From: Dimorphilus gyrociliatus
Taxonomy: Eukaryota; Animalia; Annelida
NCBI GenBank assembly: GCA_904063045.1
Contig: CAJFCJ010000028.1
Location: forward strand, 949,232-1,013,231
Direction of reading: 5' to 3'
DNA length: 64,000 bases
Shown: positions 26,832-40,400 of the stretch, piece by piece
Layout: each line of letters opens with the position of its first letter
How positions within the stretch are numbered: position 1 is the first letter of the stretch
Made by a program: the position numbers and the translations under genes
Notes under the pieces: model-generated
The model's input: the letters and a program-made list of their open reading frames with translations, nothing else
Database searches by the model: none
Told to the model about the DNA's origin: nothing

Positions 26832-29800
26832 TATTTAAGTCTTATTGTCGGTCAAAAGTCAGAATTTCACATCATTAGATACAAATCTATTGAGAAAACA
26901 CATTCGAAAGTTGCGATATTGAAACAGTTTAACTCAATTAATTAAACTACAACTCTTTTCACAAACTGCCAACTTTTTAAAATAATCTAGTATAATAAAG
27001 TATTAGTAGAATCTGACTACCAAAAATTCCTTACTTTAAAAGGAAATTAATTAATTCTCTTGAAAAATGAAAGATCACAACGGATACAATCTAAAGCTAA
27101 GTATTCTGTATCCAAATTAATTTGAACAACATAAAACATTCCAGGAACGGGGTGACAAACAAACGGGACCTTAAATCTCGAATCTTACCAGGAGCAGTAT
27201 CAGTCTCAGATATCACGGAGCTAATACTACTGCCATGCTTAGCGGCACCGCAAAGGGATGATGTTGATGAGGTAGGTCGACGCAGTATTGCGCGAACTCT
27301 CATATCGCTACCGCTCCCTGTTATTTTTTTGTCAAACGCGGAATAATTGATAAGAAATTTTAAGAAATGATTTACTTAAGTTAAAATTTAGTGAGAGGCG
27401 GATGTGGAAATATTTTACTAGCAATTAAGAAAAGAAAATAAACCTGGTCTAGACCCTCCTCTACTGGATCCAGAAGAGAATCGTCTTTCACGACGTCCAT
27501 TTGAATCTCGTCTTTCATTACTTCTTCTGATTCCCTCTTTTGCTTCCTGTAATCACGAAAAAGAATTATAATTTGACAATAAAATACTGGTAGACTGTAG
27601 TTAATGTAGCTCGATATACTATTACCTGCTGCTCTCTTTCTCGAACAAGTTTATCTTCTATTTCACGTTCCTTAGCAGCTGTATCAACAGGTTTGGCTTC
27701 ACCGAATATTGAAGAAGGTCTTGTTACTTCCGTTGGTGTTTCAGTTGATTTTGTGCGTGGTTGAAGTTTTAAGCGTGGTCGTTCAGCAGCTGTTAGAGCG
27801 AAATATTTAGGCTATAAAAGAAAATATCCAAATAGAATAAACATACGTTCTACAGGTTTCTCTGGTGGAGGTTGTCGGAAATCTGAGCGATCATCTTCTC
27901 TCCTTTGACGAGTGCTGAAAAATATTTTTTATTATTAAAAATTTGTTTGAAAAGAACAAGATAGTTCTTGAACGATTTAGTTGACAATTCTATTTAAACA
28001 AGAAAAAAACAACACAAACCCATTTCGTGGAGGTTCATATCTATTCGACCGGTATTCGTTCCTAGGTGGTTCGTAGTTTCTACCGGTAAACCTATACAAC
28101 ATTGCATTCAATGGAAACAATATAAAATATGTTAAGTTTGAACTTAAAATTCATAAAATATTTGTCCAGCATATTATGTATGGATCGTTATTGGTGTATC
28201 ATGCGAAAAAACTTGTTTTGATAGAAAGGGATAGCTCAGATAAACATACATGGCCAATGTATGGATACTACACTTACAGGCTTGGGGTAAGGATAATAAT
28301 AATCACAATCATAGTAATAATAATAATAATGGATGGAATCTGTACACAAACCTTTCACGATTATCTCGGCTACCAAAATTTGAAGAAAAGCCTCGTCTTC
28401 CGCGATCGGAATCACGACGATCGTCATTGCGAAATCCACCGCTTGACCGTCTCGAATCGATGTCATCTTTTCCTTTATCAGCATATCTAATATCCTGATA
28501 ACCGGTAACCGCCGAATAGGCAAGATCAGACGATCCTTGAAAGCCACGACCTGTAAATTGTCAAAATATCTCTAGGTGAATATGCTGAAATACGTTGTTA
28601 AGCAAAAAATGCATATTAACTAGTATTTAGAATATTTTATATTCATTAACAATAACAATAAATTGTTTTCCTTTATCCAATCAACGGACTTTACCATCTT
28701 TACTCAGAAAAGTAACGCCTAACTTGTTGATTATGATTAAATATGTATAAGAGAGAAATTAATTTCCAACAGATGGACTGCTATAGAAAATAAACACTAA
28801 AAATTCCGAAATAAAATAAATATCTCCTGGTCATGATTGAAGGACCAGTTTATTTCGATGCAGGCGATAATTTTTAGATGTTTTTGAAAGAAATAAGATA
28901 GAAGCAAGATGGTAGAACTATTATACTAAACCTGCATATTCACCTCGGTCTCTAAAACCGCCGCCTGATGGAGCAGGAGGTAATTCTGAACCACCTTTTC
29001 TCCATTCCCCTAGGGTCCTATCATCTGTTGAGTCTCTGTTGAAATTTCCGTGACCGCGATCTCCTCTATCATTACGTTTCATTTGATCATTATCCTTTCC
29101 CCCCGTAGCTAAGTCTACTCTCATTTTTCGTCCGAGAAACAACTGAATATTAAAATTAAAATAATTATTTGCAGTGAAAAATAGAATGCTGTAGTATCTA
29201 CCTCATCATTTTTCGATAAAACTTTAATTAAAGAATCCCTATCTTCAAATTCGACATACCCATAGCCCTTAAAGCGACCTTGTTCGGATATAAGTCGAAC
29301 GTTCTTAACCTGAAAAAAAGAACTTTATGGCTATGGAAACAAGAACAACATGAAACACGTGTACCTTCAAAGCACTAAAGACTTTTTGCAAACTGTCCTC
29401 GTTTACTTCATAAGACAAGTTTCCGACGAAAGCCGTAAAGGGTGGTTGCGTAGGAACTTTTTCCAAGTTAAGGACTGGTTCCCTGGTAGCTTTAGGTGCA
29501 GTAGGTAATATAGATTTGTCAATAGAGAATGGTGCTCCATAGTTTGAACCATCATCTGTAAAATAAGCAATGTAAAAATTCTCTATTTACTTTTTACAAA
29601 ATATATATTACTTATTAGTAATAAAGAGAAGGAAATAACAAATTATTAGGCCAATTAGTCCTACATTAATTTAATATAATTACTTTTTAACAGAACGAAC
29701 CAGTTTATTTAGGCCTACGAGGCAAAACCAATATAAACATATCTATGTATAAAATTTACCTATGAAAAGGTAAACAATGGACAATATAAACCAGTTTGTG

Positions 29801-30831
29801 TAAAGAACAATTTCAAGGTTATTATGAAAATACGATTAAAAAGTCAGTTTCAGTATTACCTTTTACAATCTATGGAGGTTCCTTCACCCTTTTCTCTTAC
29901 TTATACAAATATATCATGGCTGTCTCGTATTAGTCACACGTTAAAGCATTTTTCAATACGCTTAAGAAAAACTCTTCCCACTTGACTGATTAAATACTTG
30001 GTGTGTATACGATAAAAAAGATTATAACTAATAGCCTGTTCCTTATTCATGTATAAAATTTACTCATGAAAGGTTAGATATAAACCATATAGTATATGTA
30101 AAGAACTATTTCAAGGTTATTATGAAAAAGTCAGTGCACTACATTGACCGAATAATCTAGAAAAAAAAAATTTGACACCATTATCAAGCGTCTAATAATG
30201 GAAGACTCTTATACAAAATACATCGAAATAGAGACAGTATCTTTACATGTGGACGGGAGAAAGTCGAGTTTCGATCAACTACGGCTGGTCTCCTTTTAAC
30301 CTTTATTCGGTAAAGGATGTAGAGTATACTGGTTGGTTTAATAGTGAATATGCGGTCTCTTAATTATTCAATCTCAATCATAATATTATAACTGCTATAC
30401 GTGTAGATGAATGATTAACAAGAGATGCATCTGTAAGATAAAGATAAAAAAAGAACCTGTATCTAACTCTGCGACCTCGTCCGCCCAATTTTTCGAAAAA
30501 CTCGGAGTGTTGTCCCCCAGAAATTCGGTTAAAGGTACCGTTTTCCCCTTTTGTTTCCTCTTTTCTGTAAAATTAAAAATATGTTAGTCGGATTTACGAT
30601 TTATATTCATTAAAAGAAAAAGGCGTGCATAGTGTTTCCAGAACGCAACAGATTATTCCGAAAATTCCACTATTACGGTTTATTTAGCCATTTAAAATTT
30701 TTTAGTTAACCCGAAAGGATTAAATCGGTTAATTCTGGCAGAAATTTCGATTGATTAATAAAAGAATACTCTGTTTCTTTCGGAAAAATGCACGTTTTTT
30801 TTGACACGAGATAGCACTTACGAGCCGCCAT
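25616..30831 (-). CDS. EIF4B: Eukaryotic translation initiation factor 4B, multi-exon
   Basis: Exon 1 is ATGGCGGCTC|gtaagt (30822-30831). Then QKRKQKGKTVPLTEFL...NWADEV, IDKSILPTAPKA, RRM (PPFTAFVGNLSY, RFKGYGYVEFEDRDSL), D/R/G-rich region, ERPRLKLQPR, SIFGEAKPVDTAAKEREIE, PAPAPKENAW and TNKFSSL; stop TGA at 25616-25618. Confidence 0.96.
26790..26829. repeat. (TA)n microsatellite in an eIF4B intron
   Basis: About 20 TA units. Confidence 0.9.
29745..30135 (-). repeat. Degenerate direct duplication in eIF4B intron 2 (copies 29745-29848 and 30049-30135), candidate H/ACA snoRNAs
   Basis: Shared blocks ATGTATAAAATTTAC, ATATAAACCA, TGTAAAGAAC.ATTTCAAGGTTATTATGAAAA and AAAAAGTCAGT. In the host sense both copies end ...AAATTTTAT-ACA-TRR. 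Confidence 0.6.
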
Positions 30832-31904
30832 GTTTGGATAAAGCGAGTATGCGCATGCGTAAATTGCTTCAATGAAGGTGAAGGTTAATAGGAAAGCAGA
30901 AGTAGGAAAGCGGGAAATTGATCTTTTCTCGTATTCAAACTGATAAATTTCAATTAGTAAGATAAAAAATATTATAGAAATATCCAACGAACGATAAAAA
31001 ATCAAGAAACCTAAACAAATTATCGTAAATCATTAAAAAACGTATTTATTTTTAAATAACATAAGATATAATTTATCAAACACGTGTACAGAACAAACGA
31101 ATAAAAAAGGAATTGTTATATAAAAGTGTATATAAAAAAAGTATAAAAACTAATGATTTATTGAATATATAAATATTTTCAAATTATGTTACACAATTGT
31201 TTCTAATGTTTGTAGTATTTTCAAGCCTTATTCATGAATGATGATTGAAATGATTAGATCATTTTTTAACATGAAAAAAGGGGAGAAGGATGGGAGGGGG
31301 AAAAGAAACAAGTAGGAATTTGTCTTATCTTATCAATTTTAAACTAGTTTTCATTTAAATATACTTTATCATTGAGTATAATATATTATATTTATAAATA
31401 TATACATTAACTTTTAACAGGAATGTTAAGAATTTACCGTCAGAAATTTAATGTGATAGATGAATCTTATAAATTGAATATACTGTTTTAATCATAATCT
31501 AGTCGATATGTATAACTATAATTTATTTAATGGGAAATACAAATGTACAAATAGAGCTGGCTTGTATGGAAAAAATTGACATATCTTATAATAATATTAT
31601 TATTTATCCTCCTCTCTTACTCCACCTTCCACTCTCTTTCTCTCTCTCTCCTTGTATATATACTAATATATTCAGATTTTTTTACGTTTTTATAATTAGG
31701 GATGATTTTTTACACTATGAATTTCGAATCTGTTTAGATGATTTTTTACATTTTCTCACCAGTTTTTTTATTTGTCTTAATCAGATAGATAGGAGAATTA
31801 CGTCAATTTTGGCCATGGTTTTCATCTTGTTCTTACATTATACTATCAGAATATCGCGTCCTTGTATTGAAATAAATAACAATTATAAAGATCGTTTAAC
31901 AAGA

Positions 31905-31975
31905 GCATTGGTGGTGTAGCGGTAGCATTGGTGCCTTCCAAGCACTAGACCCGGGTTCAACTCCCGGCCAATGCA
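31905..31975 (+). tRNA. trnG-TCC: tRNA-Gly(TCC)
   Basis: Acceptor stem GCATTGG/CCAATGC with discriminator A; anticodon stem GGTGC/GCACT with loop CT-TCC-AA; B box GGTTCAACTCC; 71 nt, no intron. Confidence 0.96.
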
Positions 31976-31979
31976 GGAA

Positions 31980-31989
31980 TTTTTTTTTT
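31980..31989 (+). terminator. Pol III oligo-T terminator of tRNA-Gly
   Basis: T10 starting 5 nt after the tRNA 3' end. Confidence 0.85.
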
Positions 31990-34455
31990 AATACTTTTTT
32001 ATTTACTCTCATCAAAATAGTTGTGGTTTTTTAATATTTATATTATCTTCTATTGTCAGTTGCTTTCATAGATTGAAACAAAAGCTATTACTAACCGTTG
32101 TAAAATAGAAATTTAAACTCGAATTCGAACATAAGTTCGCAACATATTGTAAATTTGATTTTAGTTAGATTATTTCACTTTGTAAGTACAAAGCTCTCTA
32201 AAAGGTGTGATCCGACAACACATATACTGCTATGTAATTTAAATGGATTATTCATGGATTATTCACGAATTATTAAATTGATCAACTGTATCCTGTAATT
32301 GAATTATCTTTCCCGCCATCTTCCTCCTCCGTTTCATTTAATTCATAGAATCTTGTTTAGATTAATCTGCATTTTATGAAGATTATGATAAGCAAAGCAG
32401 TTTTTATTTTGTTTCAAAATAGAGAGAGGAAATCATATTCTTTAATGATAATTAATCTTTTTTTCCTTTCATTTCTGAATAGGATAGGGAAGTAGAAGAA
32501 ATCAAAAAATTCATATGTTTCCTCGTTCATAACCAGGGCCATGTGTACAGATGGATAGACAGATACGTCAATTAGTTAATTAATTAATTGTCCTATTATA
32601 ATGTATATTTATTCCAATTCAAATACAACATAAAAGAAAATCCTTTTTAAAACGAGAGAGAGAAAGAAAAAGTGAAAGAGTAAAAGAGGAGAAGTTGAAT
32701 TTTTGAACAATAAAAGTTCAACACCTAAACAAACAACTAAAGTAGAAAGAAATAGAAATAGTTGTTGTTGTTGTTTTGTAACTTGGAACAATATTTATAT
32801 TTATTTGTACAACTTGAACATTCAAGTGAAAATTTCACTAAGTTTTTCACTAATTTTATTTAAATTGTATGTCTTTTGTCATAATCACTTTAATACTATT
32901 TACAATATAACATATAAAACATCTTTTTATACACCTAGGTAAAAACTAAAGTCAGAAAAGTACAAATTCTAAAGACATAAACTGAAAAAAAGTATTTCTT
33001 TCTTTCTTTTCTGTTTTTATGTTTTTATTTTTAAAATCTTGATATTCAATGTTGTTTTTACCTTTATTTTGTTTATAAAATCCAAAAACTAAAACATTAA
33101 AGAACTGTGGGTGATATATATGAAGAGAAAAAAAATTGTTCATAACTACTTCAGCGCCATCTGTCTACTAAAAGGAAAATATAATTTTTGAAATGTTATC
33201 CCACAGCCTCTTTTTTTCAAGTAAAAATTAGTAAAAATAACTTAAAGTAGAAAACAATTGAAAGGTTTGATAATAAGGAAGAAAATAATGAAAGGTTACA
33301 CTATATATTTATATATATTTCATTATGAAATATAATAATTGCACTAGTTATTTTTATTTGGAATTATTTAATTAAATAAGACTTATTTTTAATCTAGTTA
33401 AAATATTTCTTTATATTTTTCTATCTTATATTTGTTTGTTTGTTTTTTCAAGTTAGAATAGAATAAACTGGCTTGTTTTTCACTTGTTTTTACTTTACAT
33501 AGGAAGAAAGAAGATGACTTAAAACAGTTCTTTTTTGTAAGTGGAAAGTAATATTAAGCTAGGATTGAATACTATATTTGTATCATACAAATGATAAACA
33601 CTTATTCAATCGTCAATCAGTGTTCCTTTAAAAAAATTATTTTTATACAATTTTCAACAAGTAGAATGATGGATATGAAAGTTAATCCATTAGCGTTTCT
33701 CTCTGCGGTGAATTGAATAATTCTCCCTTGGATTATTACATCATTTATCATTTCTTTTATTTTTTTTCTCTCACCAATTCACATTGTCAATTTTTAGTTT
33801 TTCAATTAAAGTTGTTATCCATTACAGATGACACTAGTATCTTTAGTTGAAAAAATTTCAATTAAGTTATTGTTGTTTGTTTGCTTTTATAACTCTATGC
33901 TTTTAGCTTTCATTTAGTGAAAAAAGTTTGTTTTGGTCTCTTTTCAATTCATGGCCTTCAAGTTTACATTTGTGTTTTGTACACAAAAGTTTCTCTAGAA
34001 GACCCTCGTAAGAACCTAATGTACTTTTTTTTTTATCTTTTGATGATATATGAATTACGAACGGAGGATAATAAGTATGGAGAAGGTCAAAAGAACAAAA
34101 GTAGCAATACCATTAACGATAATGAAAAAAATATGAAGAGATAAAGAAAAAAAGAAAGAGGGAATGAATTAGAAGAATAGAAAAAGAAGACGAAGAAGAA
34201 GAAGAAGTAGATGGAGAAGCAGAAGAAAAAGAAGAAGAAAGAGAAGAAGAAAGGGAAATTGAGGAATAGTTAAAGATACTATCTATAAAATTATTGACAA
34301 TTAAAAAAAAAGAGGAAAAATAAAAACAATATGTAACAGCAAACAAAGCAAAAGTACAAGAACGAATATTTTAAGAAATAAAGATTTTTTCGTATTAGCC
34401 ACTCGTAAGAATTTGCTTAAGTTCCTTTAATTAACGTTCCCATTGTATGCGGTTG

Positions 34456-37400
34456 TTAGGAAATTATACCTAGTTTTCTACCCAAGGACCTAGCTTTTGC
34501 TATTACCTCCTCCTGCATCAAATTGAAGCACATAGCGATTAAAGCCAGTCCAAAAACCAGATAGAAAGCACAGAGGATAAATTTCTCTTGAGATTGACCC
34601 TTCAGGCTTGCTCCCGGCACAAAATCACCAAAGCCAATAGTGGTGAGTGTAATGAAGCAAAAGTAAGAAGATTCTATATATGACCAACCCTCTAGTAGTG
34701 AAAAGAGAACGGCTCCGCCTGGATGAATATATTTACTGAATTAGATTAATCAGTCGTTTCTGTAAGATCTTTTCATTAATTTAAAATGATAAACAAGAAG
34801 AAATTCAATGAATTTTTAATGAATGTTTCCTTATTTCAGTTTTCGTTAAAAATTCTAATTGTTTTAGAATTTTAAATGAAATGTTTTATTATTTTTTTTG
34901 TAAACCTCGATATTGAAATCTCCTAGAAGATGAAAATGGAACGACTATTAAGATGAAGCATGATACAATAAAATATTAACGTAATTGAATCACTTACCTA
35001 CTACGTAGGTTACAATCAGCATGAATGAAACAAATAGCGGAACCGTTTGAATGTGTGAACTGTCGTCATCCCATCTAACGTGAATTGCTGCTGCGGCACT
35101 AGCAACACCTCCCCCTGTCGATGACATTCTACCATTTGTCTTTTTTACGGTTGATTTAGTAGAGGCTGTCATAGTTGACCCTGCCGTCGTCCCAGTTACC
35201 GCTTTTGGAGCTTTTTTAGGGCAGCAACAGCAACAGTAGCCACAGCATACTTTATGATACAAAGCTCGAAAAAGTATAGACATATAACGTCCAAGATTAG
35301 CCATTGTTAAGAGGGTCAAGGGGATACCGACAAGGGCATAGACGAGCGTCACTACTCGTCCCCAAGGCGTCAACGGGACGATATGACCATATCCTAAAAA
35401 TAGATTGAAAACAGTGAAAATGATATAATATTAGTATTTCGCAATATTATTATTCGATTTGCAATGCGTTTAATAATTAAGTTCAGCATGCTTTAACCTT
35501 GAAAGGCATAAACAAATTGGATAAATAATGAAATCAAACCATAGACAACCTTTTGATTCATTTTTTAAGTAAATGTCATCTGGTGATTTTGATATACAGA
35601 AAAATATAGTATCTGATAGTAAAAAGGTTGGCTTAATTAAAGGATAAAGTTATATGAATACGTTCAATTATGGAACGGATGGATTTTTGTTTGTTTAACG
35701 ATTGCACATCGGAAAATGAAAGATTACTATGGCTGTTTACAAGGGCAACAGTTCGTTGACGTATGCATTTCTGAATGCCATTTTTTTAAAATAGTAATCT
35801 ATCTATTCAATAAACTTTTGACGGTATCGTTTATACGTTTGAAAAAAACAATCTTCTATTTACAGTAAACTTTAGCCAATCATCTGATTTATTTTACATA
35901 ACATAGGTGTTTGTATTCTAAAATATTTACTAAATATACTTTTTGTTAGATGAAGGATATTACAAATTTTAACACAATCTATTTATGAATAATTAAACAA
36001 TATAATGGAAATAATAAATATTTCCCTAAAGATTTAGGCAATTGTTCATATCAAAACTTTTATATTTTTATAAAAGGTTATCAACACAAATATTACATAC
36101 TGGAGGTGAAGGGATAGACGGGGGAGGGGGAGCGGGAGGGGAGGACTGAAGTAAAACAGGCTGAGTGCATGTATAGTATAAATATATATCTGCGTAGGTG
36201 TGGGCGAGGGAGAGGCAGCAGAGAGGAAGGAAGGAAGGAAGGGGTGGGAATATACTTTTTATTTATATAAAAACATATACAATTTTTTTTATTATAAAAA
36301 GCAGAATCGACAAAAAACAAAAAAGAGGGAGAAACTCTAAAACAAAAAATCATTTGTTTGGTAAGGCTAAGATGGGAAATAAATATACACAGGTGTCAGA
36401 TGATGCTCTAAGAATCAAAAAAAGTATCAAATAACCAAAAAATATATTGAAATATTTAAAAAAAATAACATATATTATGCATATAAAACGTTGGCATCAT
36501 ACACCTTATTGCTGAATAACTAATGTAAAAGTGATAAGTTTTTCGTTTGTAGGTAAGATTCTATTGCAATAATAAATTGCTTCATTGAACATTTTTCAAC
36601 CCTATCAGAATAATAAAATAAATGATAAATAAATTTGAATAGGTAATTTAAAAATAATTGTTTTCAAACAAACTATGGATGTTGGTTGCGATATGATCTA
36701 GTTTTATCAAATTTTCCGATATTGTTAAATGATATCCCTTATAGAGTTTAGCTTTAAGGAGGATAACTTTGTGCTATAAAAGGTAAAAGACAGGCGAGAA
36801 TATTTACTTACGTATGTATATTGAAATATAGAAAGACGGATAGCGACAGACAGATAGATAGGAAGATAGAGAGAAAACAAGACAGAGGGAGGGAGGAATA
36901 GAGTAAAGAGAGATAAGTCTATAAACGTTTGGACATTTACTGTAAACTGTCTTATTCTTTTTATGAATAAAAAAAATCAAATTGATTGTAACTTTATATA
37001 TATAAATTGTTCATTGAACTGCCAATTTCTTGGTAAATTGCAGTTGGATTTTCTATATATAACCATCTTCGTTTCTTTCTTAAAAAATTCTGAATCATGA
37101 GTAACATTTAGTTTAGCATCTTTTTACCTTTTCTTTCTGTTAAACTTTTTTAAGCATTTCTCAAGGAAATTTTCATTTATTTTAGCAACGACAAATCATG
37201 TGATAAATTGTATGGCTAAAACCCATAATGCTATCATCAATATACTGAAGACTTAATTTTCAGACTGTAAATCTGCAATTCCTAGATACAGCAATATTTA
37301 TTTAGACGCCTAAATTTCATGTCGGAAAATTTCGTTAGTACCGAATACAATCATAATCGATTTGAGGCTTTTATATAAATATTGGCCTATATACAGTATA

Positions 37401-40400
37401 TATATAGTATATTTAATATACGTATAAACTAAAACTGGAATTCAATGCATGATTATAAGCTCTACAAGGTTATCCTATATATACAGAATATACTATATTT
37501 ATACTCTAGACGGACAGGAAAGAATCTTGCATTTTTTCCTTGTAAATGATCTATAACAATTGATTTTTGAACCAAAAATGAGAATTAATGAATGGAAATG
37601 CAAAAATTATTCGTTGAAAGTTTCACCCTTCTCTGTAAAAAAAAAAGAAAACAATAAGATATTTAATCTTTTCCTTTCAATAATTTTTAGTAAATAAAAG
37701 TATTATTTTCGAACAGGAAAATGTGGTTAATAACCCTGATTTCAAACCATAGTGGTATCACTTTAATGGTTCGAGTAAATAAACGAAAAGCGAAAGTATG
37801 TGCATCATATTCAATAGCGTTGTCGGTCTTGTTGACTATGCCCATTAGACTGCGTTCAACTGTAAATTTTTGCAGTGTTTACACGAGGCGCCCGATTGAT
37901 ATGGCGCAGGTGGTGAATGGCAGAAAATTCGCTCTTAATTGGCAAATTTTCAAGATAACTCTCTTTGCCTACAAGTTAAATCTAAAGTGCTTTTCGCCGT
38001 AAGTTTTCCCCTATCCTGTCAAGCTAAGCGTTTAATCCATAGACCTAAACTATTAAATTACACATATAAGTATATAAATATATTTGTTATTCTTTTGTAA
38101 TTGATTTAATAAACATTCAAACATTTCAATTCATTCAATAATTTTTTTACTACTTTGAAAATCGGCCTAAAAATTAAAAAGTTGTACACAAATTAAATCG
38201 TTAACTGTATAAAAACAATCTCAGCATGAATAAAATCATTTTACTTTTGGAACAACAAACTTTAATCGTTTTAATTGGTTACATAATGACTAAAGAGATT
38301 TAGCAACGAACATCCATTATTCATTATTAAGAATTGAAGTTAAACTTTAAATAATTATCAGTTTTTTAAAATTGCTACAAAATGTAATTATTCTTTATTA
38401 TTATTTAATAAAAAATTGAAAAGATCCTCTTCCCGTAATTTTTTTTCCAATATAAAAATATAAAAGGGGAAACTTTTTGATATTTTGTTATTTTTTTTTT
38501 TTAAAAAAAACCAATTACATAATAATTTGTTTAAGGTTTTTTGTTAAATAAACTTGACATTTGCAAGAAAGAGCCTTTTTGAATATTTCGTTTTATTTTA
38601 CAGTATTACTAGAATTTTTAGGTTAGAGTTTTCTCTTTCTTTTCTTTTTGCATACTTTGAATTTAATGTTAAAATATATAACATTAAATACTAATCTTAT
38701 GAATAATATAATCAGAATAAAGACTATTGTTTATATTATATTATATAGGAATGGTTGGTGACTAATCATATTTTTAATATTAATTGACAAGAGCGTACTA
38801 TATTGTTAATTAATAAGGTAATCAATCATCATTTCGATTTTGATAATAAACGATTATATGTATATTAAGAGAGAGTTGAAGATATCCAGCACCTTTTTTC
38901 ACGCTTGGAGAAAAATAAATCGGCAGTTTACCAACACCCAATAAAGTCCAGTAATAAAGAGGGATTTATACTGAGAGCCTATAGTCTACTGTATATATAT
39001 ATACAGTATATATATATATATAAATTTATATATAAATTCCAACTATTTACTATAGTTATAATTGTAAACTTAAATTTACTAAAGGAGTGAAATAATACTC
39101 CTTTTTTTCTCTTTAATCCTTTTCTTTCCTTGTCTTCATTCCAATCGGAGGCTGCTTGTATCGTTTCGTACAACAAAGTGTAAATTTAAAAGTACTTAGG
39201 GAAGTAAGAAAGGAAAATATTAAATAAAAATCAAATATGGATAGCCTAATACAATAAAATTTCCTTTTTGGAGGTTTTTAATGCCGAAAAATAAAAGAAA
39301 ATAGATTGAAATGGAAAAGAAAATTTATAATAAAAAGAATTGAGGCGAACTAAAACATTGCCATTTGATACTGAAAGCATGACAATCAACTTTGTCATAC
39401 ATCAAAGTAAATTTTAGAATAGGAAAAAAACTTTCCCCTTTTTCCTAATTTTTCTTTTCTTTAGATTGTTTTCATAGTTTCTATATTTCAATTTTCTCTT
39501 TTCAATTTAATCTTTAAATAATTATTACTATTGATAGTTTCTTTATATTTAGAGAGAGAAGGGGAAAAGATAGAGAGAGAGAGAGAGAGAAGATCGATGA
39601 AAAAAATAGTCATATTTTCTTTTAATAAAATTTGTCCATAAAGGAGATGAATAAAGATTTATGCAAATTTTTGTTTTCTATTATTATTCGATAAAATTAA
39701 AAATAAAAGTATTTTAGGTCAAATTTTATATTTTGTTTAATAATTCAAGATAAAATTATTGATATGAAAGATGCTCATAAACGTTTCTATTATATAAAGA
39801 ATTAAAGCTATATTTCGGTGTTAACATCATCAAAATCATATCAAAGGGTATTGACGTTTATCGCCGTATATCTTCCATAGTTTACGTTGTGGGCGAATGG
39901 GTTACAGAGCTTTATGCAATTCTGTTATTCCGGAAGTACTCTCAATTAGGAATAGATGTTTTACATACGAGTAAAAAAAGTTTGCCCATTCCTAAAAAAA
40001 ATTCTTCTCTCTCTCCCCCTCCCCCCGTTTCTCTCTATCTCTCTCTCTTTCTATATATATATATATATCTTCGTCTATTTTTTATATACTTTTACTCTTT
40101 CTTTTTATTTTGCCAGTATTAGATAATCAACTGTAAAGTGATTTAAAAATGTAGATAAAGCATTAAGTTATCCTTCTTTCCATTAAGTCTTATGATCTTA
40201 ATGTTAGATTGTAACTTACGTAAAGATAAAAAAAAGTCTACTTATATCTTATTCAATTATATAAATATAAACAATGTAAACAGTATATGAATGTATATAA
40301 AAGAAATTAAAAATACGTGTTTCGTTGAGAGTTTCCTGTAAGAACGTATATATATAAAAAAAGAATAATTGAAAATGGGAATTTGAGTAGATTCTTATCG

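Noticed and set aside
31530-34346. ORFs 31530-31919, 32609-32791, 32703-32942, 33917-34144 and 34113-34346
   Set aside because: Low-complexity AT-rich or purine-tract translations in intergenic or 3' UTR DNA; 31530-31919 runs into the tRNA.
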